Source of the DNA: Acidobacteriota bacterium | GTDB lineage: Bacteria; Acidobacteriota; UBA6911; RPQK01 | Direction of reading: 5' to 3' | Length of the DNA stretch: 61,703 nt | Assembly (NCBI GenBank): GCA_041946865.1 | Contig: JBHGBF010000008.1 | Span: forward strand, 1 to 61,703 | Shown here: one piece after another, positions 9,552 to 18,575 of the stretch | Numbering within the stretch: position 1 is the first letter of the stretch | Layout of the letters: every line of letters begins with the position of its first letter | The notes under the pieces: model-generated | Seen by the model: the letters and a program-made list of their open reading frames with translations, nothing else | Databases searched by the model: none | What the model was told of the DNA's origin: nothing | Made by a program: the position numbers and the translations under genes

Positions 9552-10838
9552 ATGAAGATGAAGATCGCCACAATTCTTTCCTTTATCGTCGTATTTGCCC
9601 TTTCGCAGCTCCCGGCGGCGCCCGTCAAAGTCGAGCTGAGACAGACCGACGGGAAATACCGCCTCTGGGTTAACGGCCAGGAGTTCTACGTCAGAGGCGC
9701 CGGCTGCGAGTTCGGAAACATCGAGAAACTGGGTGAGCATGGCGCCAACTCCTTCCGCACCTGGCGGACCGAAAACGGCCGGCAGAGCGGTCAGCAGGTA
9801 CTGGATCGGGCTCAAAAGGCCGGACTGCTCGTCCTCATGGGCTTGGAGCTGATCCCGGAGCGGAAAGGGTTTGACTACAACGATGACGCCGCTGTGGCGC
9901 GCCAGTTTGCCGACATCAAGCAACAGGTGCTGAAGTACAAAGATCACCCGGCGCTGCTTGGCTGGCTGATCGGCAACGAGATGAACCTCCTGTACAAAAA
10001 CCCGAAGGTCTGGGACGCGGTCAACGATGTCGCGAAGTTCATCCATGAGGTTGATCCCAACCACCCGGCGGCCACGGCGCTCGCAGGGATCAGCAAGCAA
10101 GCGGTCGACGAGATCAAGCAGCGCGCGATCGCACTGGACTTCATCACGGTCCAGTTCTACGGCGATATCGTCAACCTGCAGAAGCGCCTCGCCGAGGCGG
10201 GCTGGACCGGGCCCTACCTGGTCACCGAGTGGGGCGCTACCGGGCATTGGGAGGTGCGTACCACCGAGTGGAAGGCGCCGATTGAGGAAACCAGTTCTCA
10301 AAAAGCCAAGGCTTTCGCGGAACGTTACGAAAAAGCCATCATGGCCGATCCCATTCGTTGCCTGGGCTCCTATGTTTTCCTGTGGGGACAGAAACAGGAG
10401 CGGACTCCCACGTGGTACGGCATGTTCACGCAGGCCGGGGAGGAAATGGAGACCGTCGATGTCATGCACAAGATCTGGAACGGAAGCTTCCCGGCCAATC
10501 GGACTCCCCAGGTGAAAAGCATCACGCTCAACGGCAAGAGCGCTTACGATAACGTCCGCGTAAAGCCGGAAGAGCCGATCTCGGCTGTCATCGATGCCGC
10601 GGACCCCGACGGGGACACGATCCAGTACGTCTATGAAATCATGCCTGAAAGCACTGACCTGAAGACAGGAGGCGATTTCGAGACTACCCCGCCGGTCTTG
10701 ACCAGCGTCAAGACTGACAAAGGGACACTCGAGCTGAAGGCGCCCGCGAAGGAAGGCTTCTACCGCCTTTTCTTTTATGCTCGCGACGGCAAAGGACACT
10801 GCGGAACGGGGAACATACCGTTCTTCGTAGGCCGGTAA
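9552..10838 (+). CDS. Secreted clan GH-A glycoside hydrolase, GH158-like/GH2 TIM barrel (putative beta-1,3-glucanase)
   Basis: Signal peptide from ATG 9552; GANSFRTW, WLIGNE (acid/base), YLVTEWG (nucleophile), FLWGQKQERTPTW; C-terminal Ig-like domain; next to GH149. Confidence 0.75.
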   Translation: MKMKIATILSFIVVFALSQLPAAPVKVELRQTDGKYRLWVNGQEFYVRGAGCEFGNIEKLGEHGANSFRTWRTENGRQSGQQVLDRAQKAGLLVLMGLELIPERKGFDYNDDAAVARQFADIKQQVLKYKDHPALLGWLIGNEMNLLYKNPKVWDAVNDVAKFIHEVDPNHPAATALAGISKQAVDEIKQRAIALDFITVQFYGDIVNLQKRLAEAGWTGPYLVTEWGATGHWEVRTTEWKAPIEETSSQKAKAFAERYEKAIMADPIRCLGSYVFLWGQKQERTPTWYGMFTQAGEEMETVDVMHKIWNGSFPANRTPQVKSITLNGKSAYDNVRVKPEEPISAVIDAADPDGDTIQYVYEIMPESTDLKTGGDFETTPPVLTSVKTDKGTLELKAPAKEGFYRLFFYARDGKGHCGTGNIPFFVGR

Positions 10839-10976
10839 TCCCTGGGAGCACAGGCAGCCCGCGCCTGCCCGGCCCGTTTTCGCCATCGACATCGAAAACG
10901 GTCCGGGCAGGCGGCAACCGCCCCGGGTTTCAATCGACCAGGATGCCTCGCGCTTCCAAAGCTTGAGGAATTTCTC

Positions 10977-13900
10977 ATGACGCACTCCATACCCTTGTTC
11001 GCCTGTGACACGCTTCTAAAGTTCTCCTCCTCCCCCGTGGAGGGCGGCTTCGTGGACATCGACGGTGAAGAGTTTTACGCCATCAGGTCCGCCCAGCAGA
11101 TGGCGCCGTTCTTTATGAGCATCGTCAGCGCCTCCGACCACTGGATGTTTATCTCCAGCAACGGCGCCTTGACGGCGGGACGAAAGAACCCCGAACTGGC
11201 TCTGTTTCCCTACTACACGGTCGATAAGATCCACGATTCCGCCGGCGTGACCGGCGCGAACACCATCATCCGCGTGCAGCGGGGTGACAGAGTCTACCTT
11301 TGGGAGCCGTTCTCCGAACCCTTGACCGGCCTGTACCGGAGCGAACGTAACCTGTACAAGAACATTGTCGGGAACAGATTGATCTTTGAAGAGATCAACT
11401 CCGATCTTGACCTGGTTTTCGCCTATGAATGGACCACCAGCGAGAAGTATGGATTCGTCCGCAAAGCCGTGCTGCGCAACTCGTCCCGGGTACCGATCGG
11501 CATAGAACTGCTTGACGGCCTCCAGAACATCCTGCCTCACGGCGTGGACCGGATGATGCAGGCGGACAAGAGCTGCCTGGTCGACGCCTACAAGAAGTCG
11601 GAGCTGGTGCGGGCAACCGGGCTCGGCATTTACCGCCTTAACTCGATTCCAGTGGACCGGGCCGAGCCAAGCGAGTCTCTGAAGGCGAATACGGTCTGGT
11701 CCTGCGGGGCGGACATCAGGCGAAGACTGCTGTCCTCGGCCCAACTCGGGGCGTTTCGAAAAGGGTACCCGGTCGTGGAGGAACACGACATTCGCGGTAA
11801 AAGAGGCGCTTACTTCGTCAACATCGAGAGCACACTGCCTGCTGAAGGCCGGCACACCTGGTACCTGGTCGCCGAGGTCAATCAGACGGCCTCACGCGTC
11901 GCGGCGCTTAACCGGAAGCTGCTTTCAACGGACGGCATTCCGGCCCAGATCGAGGCCGACGTCGGCGAAGGGACCCGGGCTCTCAGGAAAATCGTGGCCA
12001 GCGCAGACGGCCTGCAGCTGACGAATGACCGACTCTCGACCGCCCGGCATTTCGCGAATGTCCTGTTCAACGTCATGCGCGGCGGTATCTTCGACAACGG
12101 GTACGCGGTCTCTCGCCCCGACTTCGAGAAGTTCGTGCGCCGGGCCAGCTCCCAGGTTTATGCCCGGTATCGCCAATGGCTGGCCGGCCTTCCCGATCCG
12201 GTCACCCACAGCCAGTTGATCGACCGCGCTCATGTGACCGGAGACCCGGCTTTGCTGAGAACCTGCCTCGAATACATGCCTTTGACCTTCGGACGCCGGC
12301 ACGGTGACCCGAGCCGGCCGTGGAACCTCTTTTCCATCGAGACTCGCAACGACGACGGCACCAAGGCCCTCAACTACCAGGGCAACTGGCGCGACATTTT
12401 CCAAAACTGGGAAGCGCTGGCCCTGTCCTTCCCCGGCTACGTGGAGGGCATGATCAGCAAGTTCGTGAATGCCTCGACCGCCGACGGATACAACCCCTAC
12501 CGGGTCACACGGGACGGCTTCGACTGGGAGATTCATAACCCCAACGATCCATGGTCGTTTATCGGCTACTGGGGAGACCACCAGACGATTTACCTCTTAA
12601 AGCTCCTCGAGATCTCAGCAAGATACCACCCAGGCCGCCTGCAGGAGCTGTTGGCAAGGCCGATTTTCTCTTACGCCAACGTCCCGTATCGGATCAAAGA
12701 CTACGAATCGGTCCTTAAAGACCCGTATCATTCAATCGATTACGACGAGCATCTCGAGAAACTGATCCAGGAACGGATCCGGGAAAGAGGGGCGGACGGC
12801 AAAGTGATCTGGGGACGGGATGCTCAGGTTTACCTGGTCAACCTGGGAGAGAAACTCCTTGTTTCCATGCTCTCAAAGCTCTCGAACTTCGTTCCGGAAG
12901 GCGGGATCTGGATGAACACCCAGCGGCCTGAATGGAACGATGCCAACAACGCACTGGCCGGTTACGGACTCTCGATGGTCACTCTCTGCTACCTGAGGCG
13001 CTACCTGGAATTCTGTCGGTGGCTCTTCGGCGATTCCGGCTTGACGGAGCTGAGACTCTCGGTTGAAGTCGCTGAAATGCTGGCCGGAATCAGAGCCGTC
13101 CTGTCCGCGCATCGCGGCTTGCTGGCCAAAGGATTTGACTCGAAGAGCCGCAAGCGGGTGCTCGACGAGCTGGGAGAAACCGGGACGGCGTATCGCGGTC
13201 GCATCTACCGCCACGGCTTCTCAGGCGAGCAAATCCCGGTGGCGCTCTCCGACATCACCGACCTTTTCTCGCTGTCCCTTGAGTACACGGACCAGTCCAT
13301 TGCCGCCAACCGCAGACCAGACGGTCTTTATCACTCCTACAACCTGCTGGCGCTTGACGGATCGGATGGCGTCGACGTGGCGCATTTCTACGAGATGCTC
13401 GAGGGCCAGGTTGCCGTGCTGAGCTCGGGATACCTTTCAGCCGCCGACTCGATCGAAGTGCTCGAAGCGCTGCGTAAAAGCACGTTGTTCCGGGAGGACC
13501 AGTACAGCTACATCCTGTATCCGGACCGGCCGGTGGCGCCCTTCATTGACAAGAACAATATTCCGCGTGAAGCCGTTGAGAAGTCCGAGCTCTTAAAGCG
13601 GCTTCTGCGTGACGGCGACACCTCCATCGTGGAGCAAGATGTCAACGGCGTATCCCACTTCAACGGCGCCTTCAGAAATGGGAACGTCCTGTCCGAGGCC
13701 TTGGGACGGTTGGACAAGGCCAGGTACGGTGAGTTGGTCGCCAAAGACAGGCAGTTTGTGCTCGACCTCTATGAAGAGCTCTTTCAACACCGGTTCTTCA
13801 CCGGGCGCTCGGGAAGCTTCTTCAGCTACGAAGGGCTAGGCAGCATTTACTGGCACATGGTGTCGAAACTGCTGCTGGCGGCGGAAGAAGTGTTGGCGGA

Positions 13901-14429
13901 CGCCGTCTCTGCAGGCGAGGCCCAGAACGTGATCGACCGACTACGGGAGCTGTATTTCGACGTGCGCCGTGGCCTGGGCGCGAACAAGAGCCCATCCGAA
14001 TACGGGGCCTTCCCAACCGATCCTTACTCCCATACTCCAAGCCGTTCCGGCGCCCAACAGCCGGGAATGACCGGCCAGGTCAAGGAGGACATTATCGCTC
14101 GCTGGCGCGAGCTGGGTCTGGTGGTCACCCAGGGCCGGATTCACTTCGAAGGCTCGCTCGTCAGAGACGAGGAACTGCTTAAGGAAGCCGCTATTTTCAG
14201 CTACATCGACGCCCAGGGGACCGAACGGACCCTGCCTCTTACCAAGGGGACTCTCGCCTACACCTACTGCCAGATCCCGGTTGTGCTGAAGCGGTCGGGC
14301 AGGGCGCGTTTGCGAATCTCGAAGACCTCGGGCACGACCGAGTTGCAGGGAGCGGCCCTGAGCGCCGAAGACAGCCGAGCCGTGTTCGAGAGAACCGGCG
14401 AGATCCTGAAGATCGAGGTGGAGATCTGA
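10977..14429 (+). CDS. Beta-1,3-glucan phosphorylase (GH149)
   Basis: 1150 aa; PFFMSIVSASDHWMFISSNG, RRHGDPSRPWN, YQGNWRDIFQNWE, QRPEWNDANNAL, EGLGSIYWHMVSKL, AFPTDPYSHTP, QPGMTGQVKED. Confidence 0.85.
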   Translation: MTHSIPLFACDTLLKFSSSPVEGGFVDIDGEEFYAIRSAQQMAPFFMSIVSASDHWMFISSNGALTAGRKNPELALFPYYTVDKIHDSAGVTGANTIIRVQRGDRVYLWEPFSEPLTGLYRSERNLYKNIVGNRLIFEEINSDLDLVFAYEWTTSEKYGFVRKAVLRNSSRVPIGIELLDGLQNILPHGVDRMMQADKSCLVDAYKKSELVRATGLGIYRLNSIPVDRAEPSESLKANTVWSCGADIRRRLLSSAQLGAFRKGYPVVEEHDIRGKRGAYFVNIESTLPAEGRHTWYLVAEVNQTASRVAALNRKLLSTDGIPAQIEADVGEGTRALRKIVASADGLQLTNDRLSTARHFANVLFNVMRGGIFDNGYAVSRPDFEKFVRRASSQVYARYRQWLAGLPDPVTHSQLIDRAHVTGDPALLRTCLEYMPLTFGRRHGDPSRPWNLFSIETRNDDGTKALNYQGNWRDIFQNWEALALSFPGYVEGMISKFVNASTADGYNPYRVTRDGFDWEIHNPNDPWSFIGYWGDHQTIYLLKLLEISARYHPGRLQELLARPIFSYANVPYRIKDYESVLKDPYHSIDYDEHLEKLIQERIRERGADGKVIWGRDAQVYLVNLGEKLLVSMLSKLSNFVPEGGIWMNTQRPEWNDANNALAGYGLSMVTLCYLRRYLEFCRWLFGDSGLTELRLSVEVAEMLAGIRAVLSAHRGLLAKGFDSKSRKRVLDELGETGTAYRGRIYRHGFSGEQIPVALSDITDLFSLSLEYTDQSIAANRRPDGLYHSYNLLALDGSDGVDVAHFYEMLEGQVAVLSSGYLSAADSIEVLEALRKSTLFREDQYSYILYPDRPVAPFIDKNNIPREAVEKSELLKRLLRDGDTSIVEQDVNGVSHFNGAFRNGNVLSEALGRLDKARYGELVAKDRQFVLDLYEELFQHRFFTGRSGSFFSYEGLGSIYWHMVSKLLLAAEEVLADAVSAGEAQNVIDRLRELYFDVRRGLGANKSPSEYGAFPTDPYSHTPSRSGAQQPGMTGQVKEDIIARWRELGLVVTQGRIHFEGSLVRDEELLKEAAIFSYIDAQGTERTLPLTKGTLAYTYCQIPVVLKRSGRARLRISKTSGTTELQGAALSAEDSRAVFERTGEILKIEVEI

Positions 14430-14525
14430 CAGGTCCGAGATTCCAGCGAGCCGCCAGCCTGTATCCTTATCGTAAAACTCGATAAAATCGTTTCTGCTCG
14501 CGCCGCTCTGGGAGGTTCGCAAATC

Positions 14526-14831
14526 TTGGACTTCGATCAGCCGGCCCTTCTCGAGGAAGCTACGCTTTACCTTCGCCGCAAGGCCTGCCTCATGAACCCT
14601 GACCTTAAACTGGAAGGCGGGGCCGATCTCTTCGGGAATCAGTTCTTCCTGTTTTCCCTTACAGTACCAGGGTGGGGGGAGTTCTGGCTGGTTCGCGGTC
14701 CTCAGGGTTACGGGCTGTACGACCAGAAGGAGGTGCCTGACGTCGGCGAGGTGATCCTCGAACACTACGGCAGCCGCGGCACCGACCTGGAAGCCAGGCT
14801 CGCGGCCCATTTCTCGGGTCGAACGAAGTGA
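14526..14831 (+). CDS. Hypothetical protein
   Basis: 101-aa ORF with host-like codon usage filling the gap; no recognised motif. Confidence 0.55.
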   Translation: MDFDQPALLEEATLYLRRKACLMNPDLKLEGGADLFGNQFFLFSLTVPGWGEFWLVRGPQGYGLYDQKEVPDVGEVILEHYGSRGTDLEARLAAHFSGRTK

Positions 14832-14950
14832 AGCCGCCACGATCCAGAATGTTCCTATCCTCACGTTCTCGAATTTCAATGCGGCGGTCGGGCCTGGGTG
14901 TGATTCAAACCCATTGCGGGCGTGAGAACCAACGTTCCTGCGGCGTCTTA

Positions 14951-15230
14951 CGCCCCTTCAGGGCTTGTCGTGGGAACGACCCCTGGAACCCGGGCCTGCG
15001 CAAGAAGCGCTGCGGTTTGGGCTAATAACTCTCGGCCTCCCAGGCCGAGGAGTCCGGTCTTTCAAGTAGAAGCAGTCGGCACGGATGTGTATTTTCGCCA
15101 AAGTCCAGGCCTTTCAGGCCGAGGAGTTGGAGGTTTTTGGGGACCTCCAACGGAAGACTGAGAAGGTGTGAGAAGACCCGTGAGGCGGTGATGCTGTTTT
15201 CGGCCTGAAAGGCCCTGGACTTTGGCGAAA
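14951..15230. repeat. Composite REP/MITE-like palindrome cluster
   Basis: GCCCCTTCAGGGC and CTCGGCCTCCCAGGCCGAG hairpins; ~30 bp inverted repeat 15093-15122/15200-15230 enclosing hairpin GTTGGAGGT..ACCTCCAAC (15126-15151). Confidence 0.7.
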
Positions 15231-15292
15231 GTAACAGATGAATCAACAGGAACCGCCGCTGTGTGGCTGTATCACGCTGAAAGCGTGAAGCA

Positions 15293-17050
15293 CTGCTCGC
15301 TGCCGCCGGCGAGGCTTCTTTCGCGGGTGTCGCCGCCGTTTGGGCCGTACATGACGGCGCCAAGATCGAGCAGGATGACCTGCGCAATCCCCAGAAAGCT
15401 TCCAATGCCGCCTGGGACGGGAAGACCGTCCGACTCTTCGGAGCGCGCAACGAGGTGCTCGCGTTTCAGCTCCTGGTGGAGGCCGACGCCAACGGAATCA
15501 AGACTCTTTCAGCCGGCCTGCCTGAGCTTCGTCAGGCCGGAGGCGGCGCCAAGATCAGCTATGCTCCGCCGGCGGCCGATCCGACATATTACCTGGGTCG
15601 CGACATCCAGGTGTTCAGCGTGCACTACATGAACGTGACCCGGCCGACCGCGGCAACCTGGATTTACTTCGGCGACAAGCCTTCCGCTCCCAAAGACCCG
15701 GAAGGGCTGAAGCCGGTGCAGCTTGTTCCGGAGAACGCCCGGCCCGGCAAAGGGGGAATGCCGCTTACCGTGCCCGCCTCCCGTGTCCAGGCGATCTGGT
15801 TCGAGATCTACACCGCGCGAGACCTGCCGGCCGGCAGGTATGCCGGAAAAGTCACTGTCCAGGCCGATTCCATAAAGCAGGAGATTCCGATCGAGCTGGA
15901 GCTGTTCGATTTCACATTGCCCGACCAGAACAGCATGCACGCGATGGTGTACTACGAGCGTGACCAGTTCGACCTGTACCACGGCCAAGACCTCGACAGC
16001 GCCTACCACCGCTTTGCGCATCGGAACCGTATCGAGCTGGTCCGAGCGTATAACGAGACCGCTGTCAAGGAACACGCGGGGAGGCTCTCCGGCGCCGACT
16101 TCACCGGCAAGACGGGTTACGCCGGACCGGGCGAGAATGTCGGGAACACCATCGTCCCGCTGACTTTCTACGGCCCCGGCCGGGACTTCGACCAGCCTGA
16201 AACCGCGTGGCGCAGGGCCGATTCCTGGATGACCTTCCTGAAATCGACGCTTCCCGGCGCCATCACCTTCGTCTACATGCCGGACGAGCCGAATCGCTCA
16301 CAGTTCCCCAGGATCAAGCAGCTCGCCGAGAACATCCACAGCAATCCGGGACCCGGAAAGAGCCTGCCCGTCCTGGTCACGCACCAGTACACGCCCGAAC
16401 TTGACGGCGCCATCGACATCTGGTGCTCCGGGCCGCAGGGCTACTTCATCCAGAAAGCGGCTGAGGAGAAGCGCAAGGGCCATGAATATTGGATCTACAA
16501 CGGCGGGCGGCCCTACGGAGGGGCGATCGTCATCGATGCCCCGGCCACCGACGCTCGCGCCACTATCTGGGGCTGCTTTAAGCACGGCATCCCCGTATAC
16601 TTCTACTGGCACGGCAATCACTGGCGCCACAATTTCCAGAAACCGGGGAACCGGATTCAGAATGTCTGGGTGGAACCCGTCACCTTCGACAACCGCGGCC
16701 AGCCAAACAAACCGATCGACGACCAGAGCTTCGCTAACGGCGACGGCGTGCTTTTCTACCCCGGCCAGGAGAAGCTGCACCCGGAACAGGATCGCGGCAT
16801 TCCAGGCCCATGTTCCACCGTGCAGCTGGCCAACTTCCGGCGCGGTCTCCAGGATCATCAGTACCTGACCATGGCCAGGAAACTGGGTTTGAACGACCTG
16901 GTCGACGAAGTGATCAACTCGACGGTTCCCCGCATGTTTTCCGACGTGAAGAAGAACGACCCGGTCGGATTCTCCGAGGAGGGCGACGACTACGAAAAAG
17001 CCCGGCGCCGGCTGGCCGAGGCGATCGTGCAGAAGCAGCGAGAGCGATAG
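15293..17050 (+). CDS. DUF4091-domain protein (GH123-like putative glycoside hydrolase); start uncertain
   Basis: Frame is open from 15281 (AVWAVHDGAKIEQDD...ARNEVLAFQ); DEP, YWIYNG, NGDGVLFYPG and STVQLANFRRGLQDHQYL are DUF4091-type motifs. Confidence 0.75.
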   Translation: MLAAAGEASFAGVAAVWAVHDGAKIEQDDLRNPQKASNAAWDGKTVRLFGARNEVLAFQLLVEADANGIKTLSAGLPELRQAGGGAKISYAPPAADPTYYLGRDIQVFSVHYMNVTRPTAATWIYFGDKPSAPKDPEGLKPVQLVPENARPGKGGMPLTVPASRVQAIWFEIYTARDLPAGRYAGKVTVQADSIKQEIPIELELFDFTLPDQNSMHAMVYYERDQFDLYHGQDLDSAYHRFAHRNRIELVRAYNETAVKEHAGRLSGADFTGKTGYAGPGENVGNTIVPLTFYGPGRDFDQPETAWRRADSWMTFLKSTLPGAITFVYMPDEPNRSQFPRIKQLAENIHSNPGPGKSLPVLVTHQYTPELDGAIDIWCSGPQGYFIQKAAEEKRKGHEYWIYNGGRPYGGAIVIDAPATDARATIWGCFKHGIPVYFYWHGNHWRHNFQKPGNRIQNVWVEPVTFDNRGQPNKPIDDQSFANGDGVLFYPGQEKLHPEQDRGIPGPCSTVQLANFRRGLQDHQYLTMARKLGLNDLVDEVINSTVPRMFSDVKKNDPVGFSEEGDDYEKARRRLAEAIVQKQRER

Positions 17051-17068
17051 GCGACCTGGTTGGATGGC

Positions 17069-17120
17069 GTAACTCCATTACAAGGTTCTTGAATTACACG
17101 TAATTTCCTGCTAGTATTAC
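17069..17120 (+). promoter_or_regulatory. Sigma70-like promoter overlapped by a palindromic operator
   Basis: TTGAAT (17089-17094)-N17-TAGTAT (17112-17117); perfect palindrome AATTAC-AC-GTAATT at 17092-17105; extra ATTACA boxes on both sides; GGGAGGG RBS before ATG 17138. Confidence 0.65.
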
Positions 17121-17137
17121 ATCCCGGGAGGGATGAT

Positions 17138-17521
17138 ATGACAGAACAGAAAAAGGATGACAAGAAGAAGGCCAAGGAAGCGGTGTACGAGTTCATCAAT
17201 TCCGCCAGACAGATGGCGACGGAGGTGAGCTCCGAGATCGCGCAGACAGCCGAGCGGCTGTACGAAGAGGCGAAGTCCGCCAAACGCCAGATAGTCGTGT
17301 CGGTCCGGCTGGACGATGATTCCGCCCGGAAGGTGGATCAGCTGGTCGAGTCAGGGATCTGTTCCAGCCGCTCGGAAGCGGTGGCGATGCTCACGAGGAG
17401 CGGCATTCAGTCCCGGCAGGCTCTTTTCGACATGATCGAGGCAAAGATTCAGGAAATCCAGCGGATCAAAGATGAAATCCGCCAGACCGCCAGCCAGGTG
17501 GCCTCTGGTCCTCAAGGATGA
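17138..17521 (+). CDS. Ribbon-helix-helix (CopG/Arc-like) protein with coiled-coil extensions
   Basis: VVSVRLDDDSARKVDQLVESGICSSRSEAVAML is a beta-alpha-alpha RHH pattern. Confidence 0.75.
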   Translation: MTEQKKDDKKKAKEAVYEFINSARQMATEVSSEIAQTAERLYEEAKSAKRQIVVSVRLDDDSARKVDQLVESGICSSRSEAVAMLTRSGIQSRQALFDMIEAKIQEIQRIKDEIRQTASQVASGPQG

Positions 17522-17558
17522 AGGAGGAAGGGTGAAGGATGAGAAGGATGAGAAGATG
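17514..17558 (-). repeat. Degenerate AAGGATG heptamer run (complement of the 1064-1123 type)
   Basis: AAGGATG AAGGAGG AAGGGTG AAGGATG AGAAGGATG. Confidence 0.55.
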
Positions 17559-17660
17559 CCGGCCTCGCCGCTTCCCTGAGTAAGCGAAACCTTTCGGTCT
17601 GGCCAGGCATATGATAAAGCAGGAGTCAGCCCGATCAGCGTTTTCCCCAAGGAGGAGAAA

Positions 17661-18539
17661 ATGAAGACGAGGTTGCCTGCTTTTTCCGGCCTGTCCAGGC
17701 GAAGCTTCTGCGGGCTTGTCTGGATTCTGACGGTCAGTCCCCTTTTTCTGCCTGCGGTCTTTTCCGAGGATCCCCCTTCCCGGCGCTTTCTGACTCTCGC
17801 TGAGAAAGAGGCTTTCTTGCGCAATGCCAAAGTGATTCGATCCCAGGCAGCCAAGAAGGGGATTACCGGTTCAGTAAGAGCGACGCTGAGTGACGGCACG
17901 CTGACGAACGACGCCAGTATTCAGCGGATCGACTTTTACCGGTCGACATATAACACACCGGCGGGTCTGCAGATCGGCTTCAGAGACAGCTACAAATTCA
18001 ATATCGCCGCCTACCGGCTGGCCGTGCTGCTCGGCATAGACAATGTCCCTCCCTCGGTCGAGAGGAGCTACGACGGAACCAAGGGAGCGTACACCTGGTG
18101 GATTGAAGATGTGGTCATGGACGAGGGTGAGCGCCTGAAACGCAAGATTTCGCCTCCTGACGCGAGGTGCTGGAACGAGCAGATGCATCTGGTGCGGGTT
18201 TTCGATCAGCTTATCGACAACATTGATCGCAACGTGCAGAATCTCTTGATTACCAAGGACTGGAAAATCTGGATGATCGACCACACGCGCGCCTTCAGAC
18301 CTGGAACCGAGCTCCGGAAACCCAGCGAGCTGCAAAAGTGCGACCGGAAGCTTCTTGACCGGCTTCGTGTCTTGACTTCCGAGCAGCTGAAGGCGGAGCT
18401 TGGCGATTACCTGACCAAAAGCGAGATCAAGGGCCTGCTGGCTCGTCGTGATCTGCTGGTTCGGCACTTCGAGGCCCTCGGAGAGGCGTGCTTGTACAAT
18501 CTGAGGAGGGACGTCCCGGCGCACGCCGCGACCCGCTGA
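17661..18539 (+). CDS. Exported PI3/4-kinase/HipA/Fam20-fold kinase-like protein
   Basis: SRRSF plus hydrophobic leader; NIAAYRL..LLGIDNVPPSVER, FDQLIDNIDRNVQNLL (DRxxxN loop), WMIDHTRAF (DFG-equivalent). Confidence 0.65.
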   Translation: MKTRLPAFSGLSRRSFCGLVWILTVSPLFLPAVFSEDPPSRRFLTLAEKEAFLRNAKVIRSQAAKKGITGSVRATLSDGTLTNDASIQRIDFYRSTYNTPAGLQIGFRDSYKFNIAAYRLAVLLGIDNVPPSVERSYDGTKGAYTWWIEDVVMDEGERLKRKISPPDARCWNEQMHLVRVFDQLIDNIDRNVQNLLITKDWKIWMIDHTRAFRPGTELRKPSELQKCDRKLLDRLRVLTSEQLKAELGDYLTKSEIKGLLARRDLLVRHFEALGEACLYNLRRDVPAHAATR

Positions 18540-18575
18540 TACAAGCTGACCGCCGCGTGCGCGGGAGCGAGGCGC

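Noticed and set aside
9468-10985. 505-aa antisense ORF, and similar long shadows such as 5389-6615, 6963-7970 and 26975-28036
   Set aside because: They lie opposite well-supported genes; long antisense ORFs are expected at high GC3 and these show no motifs
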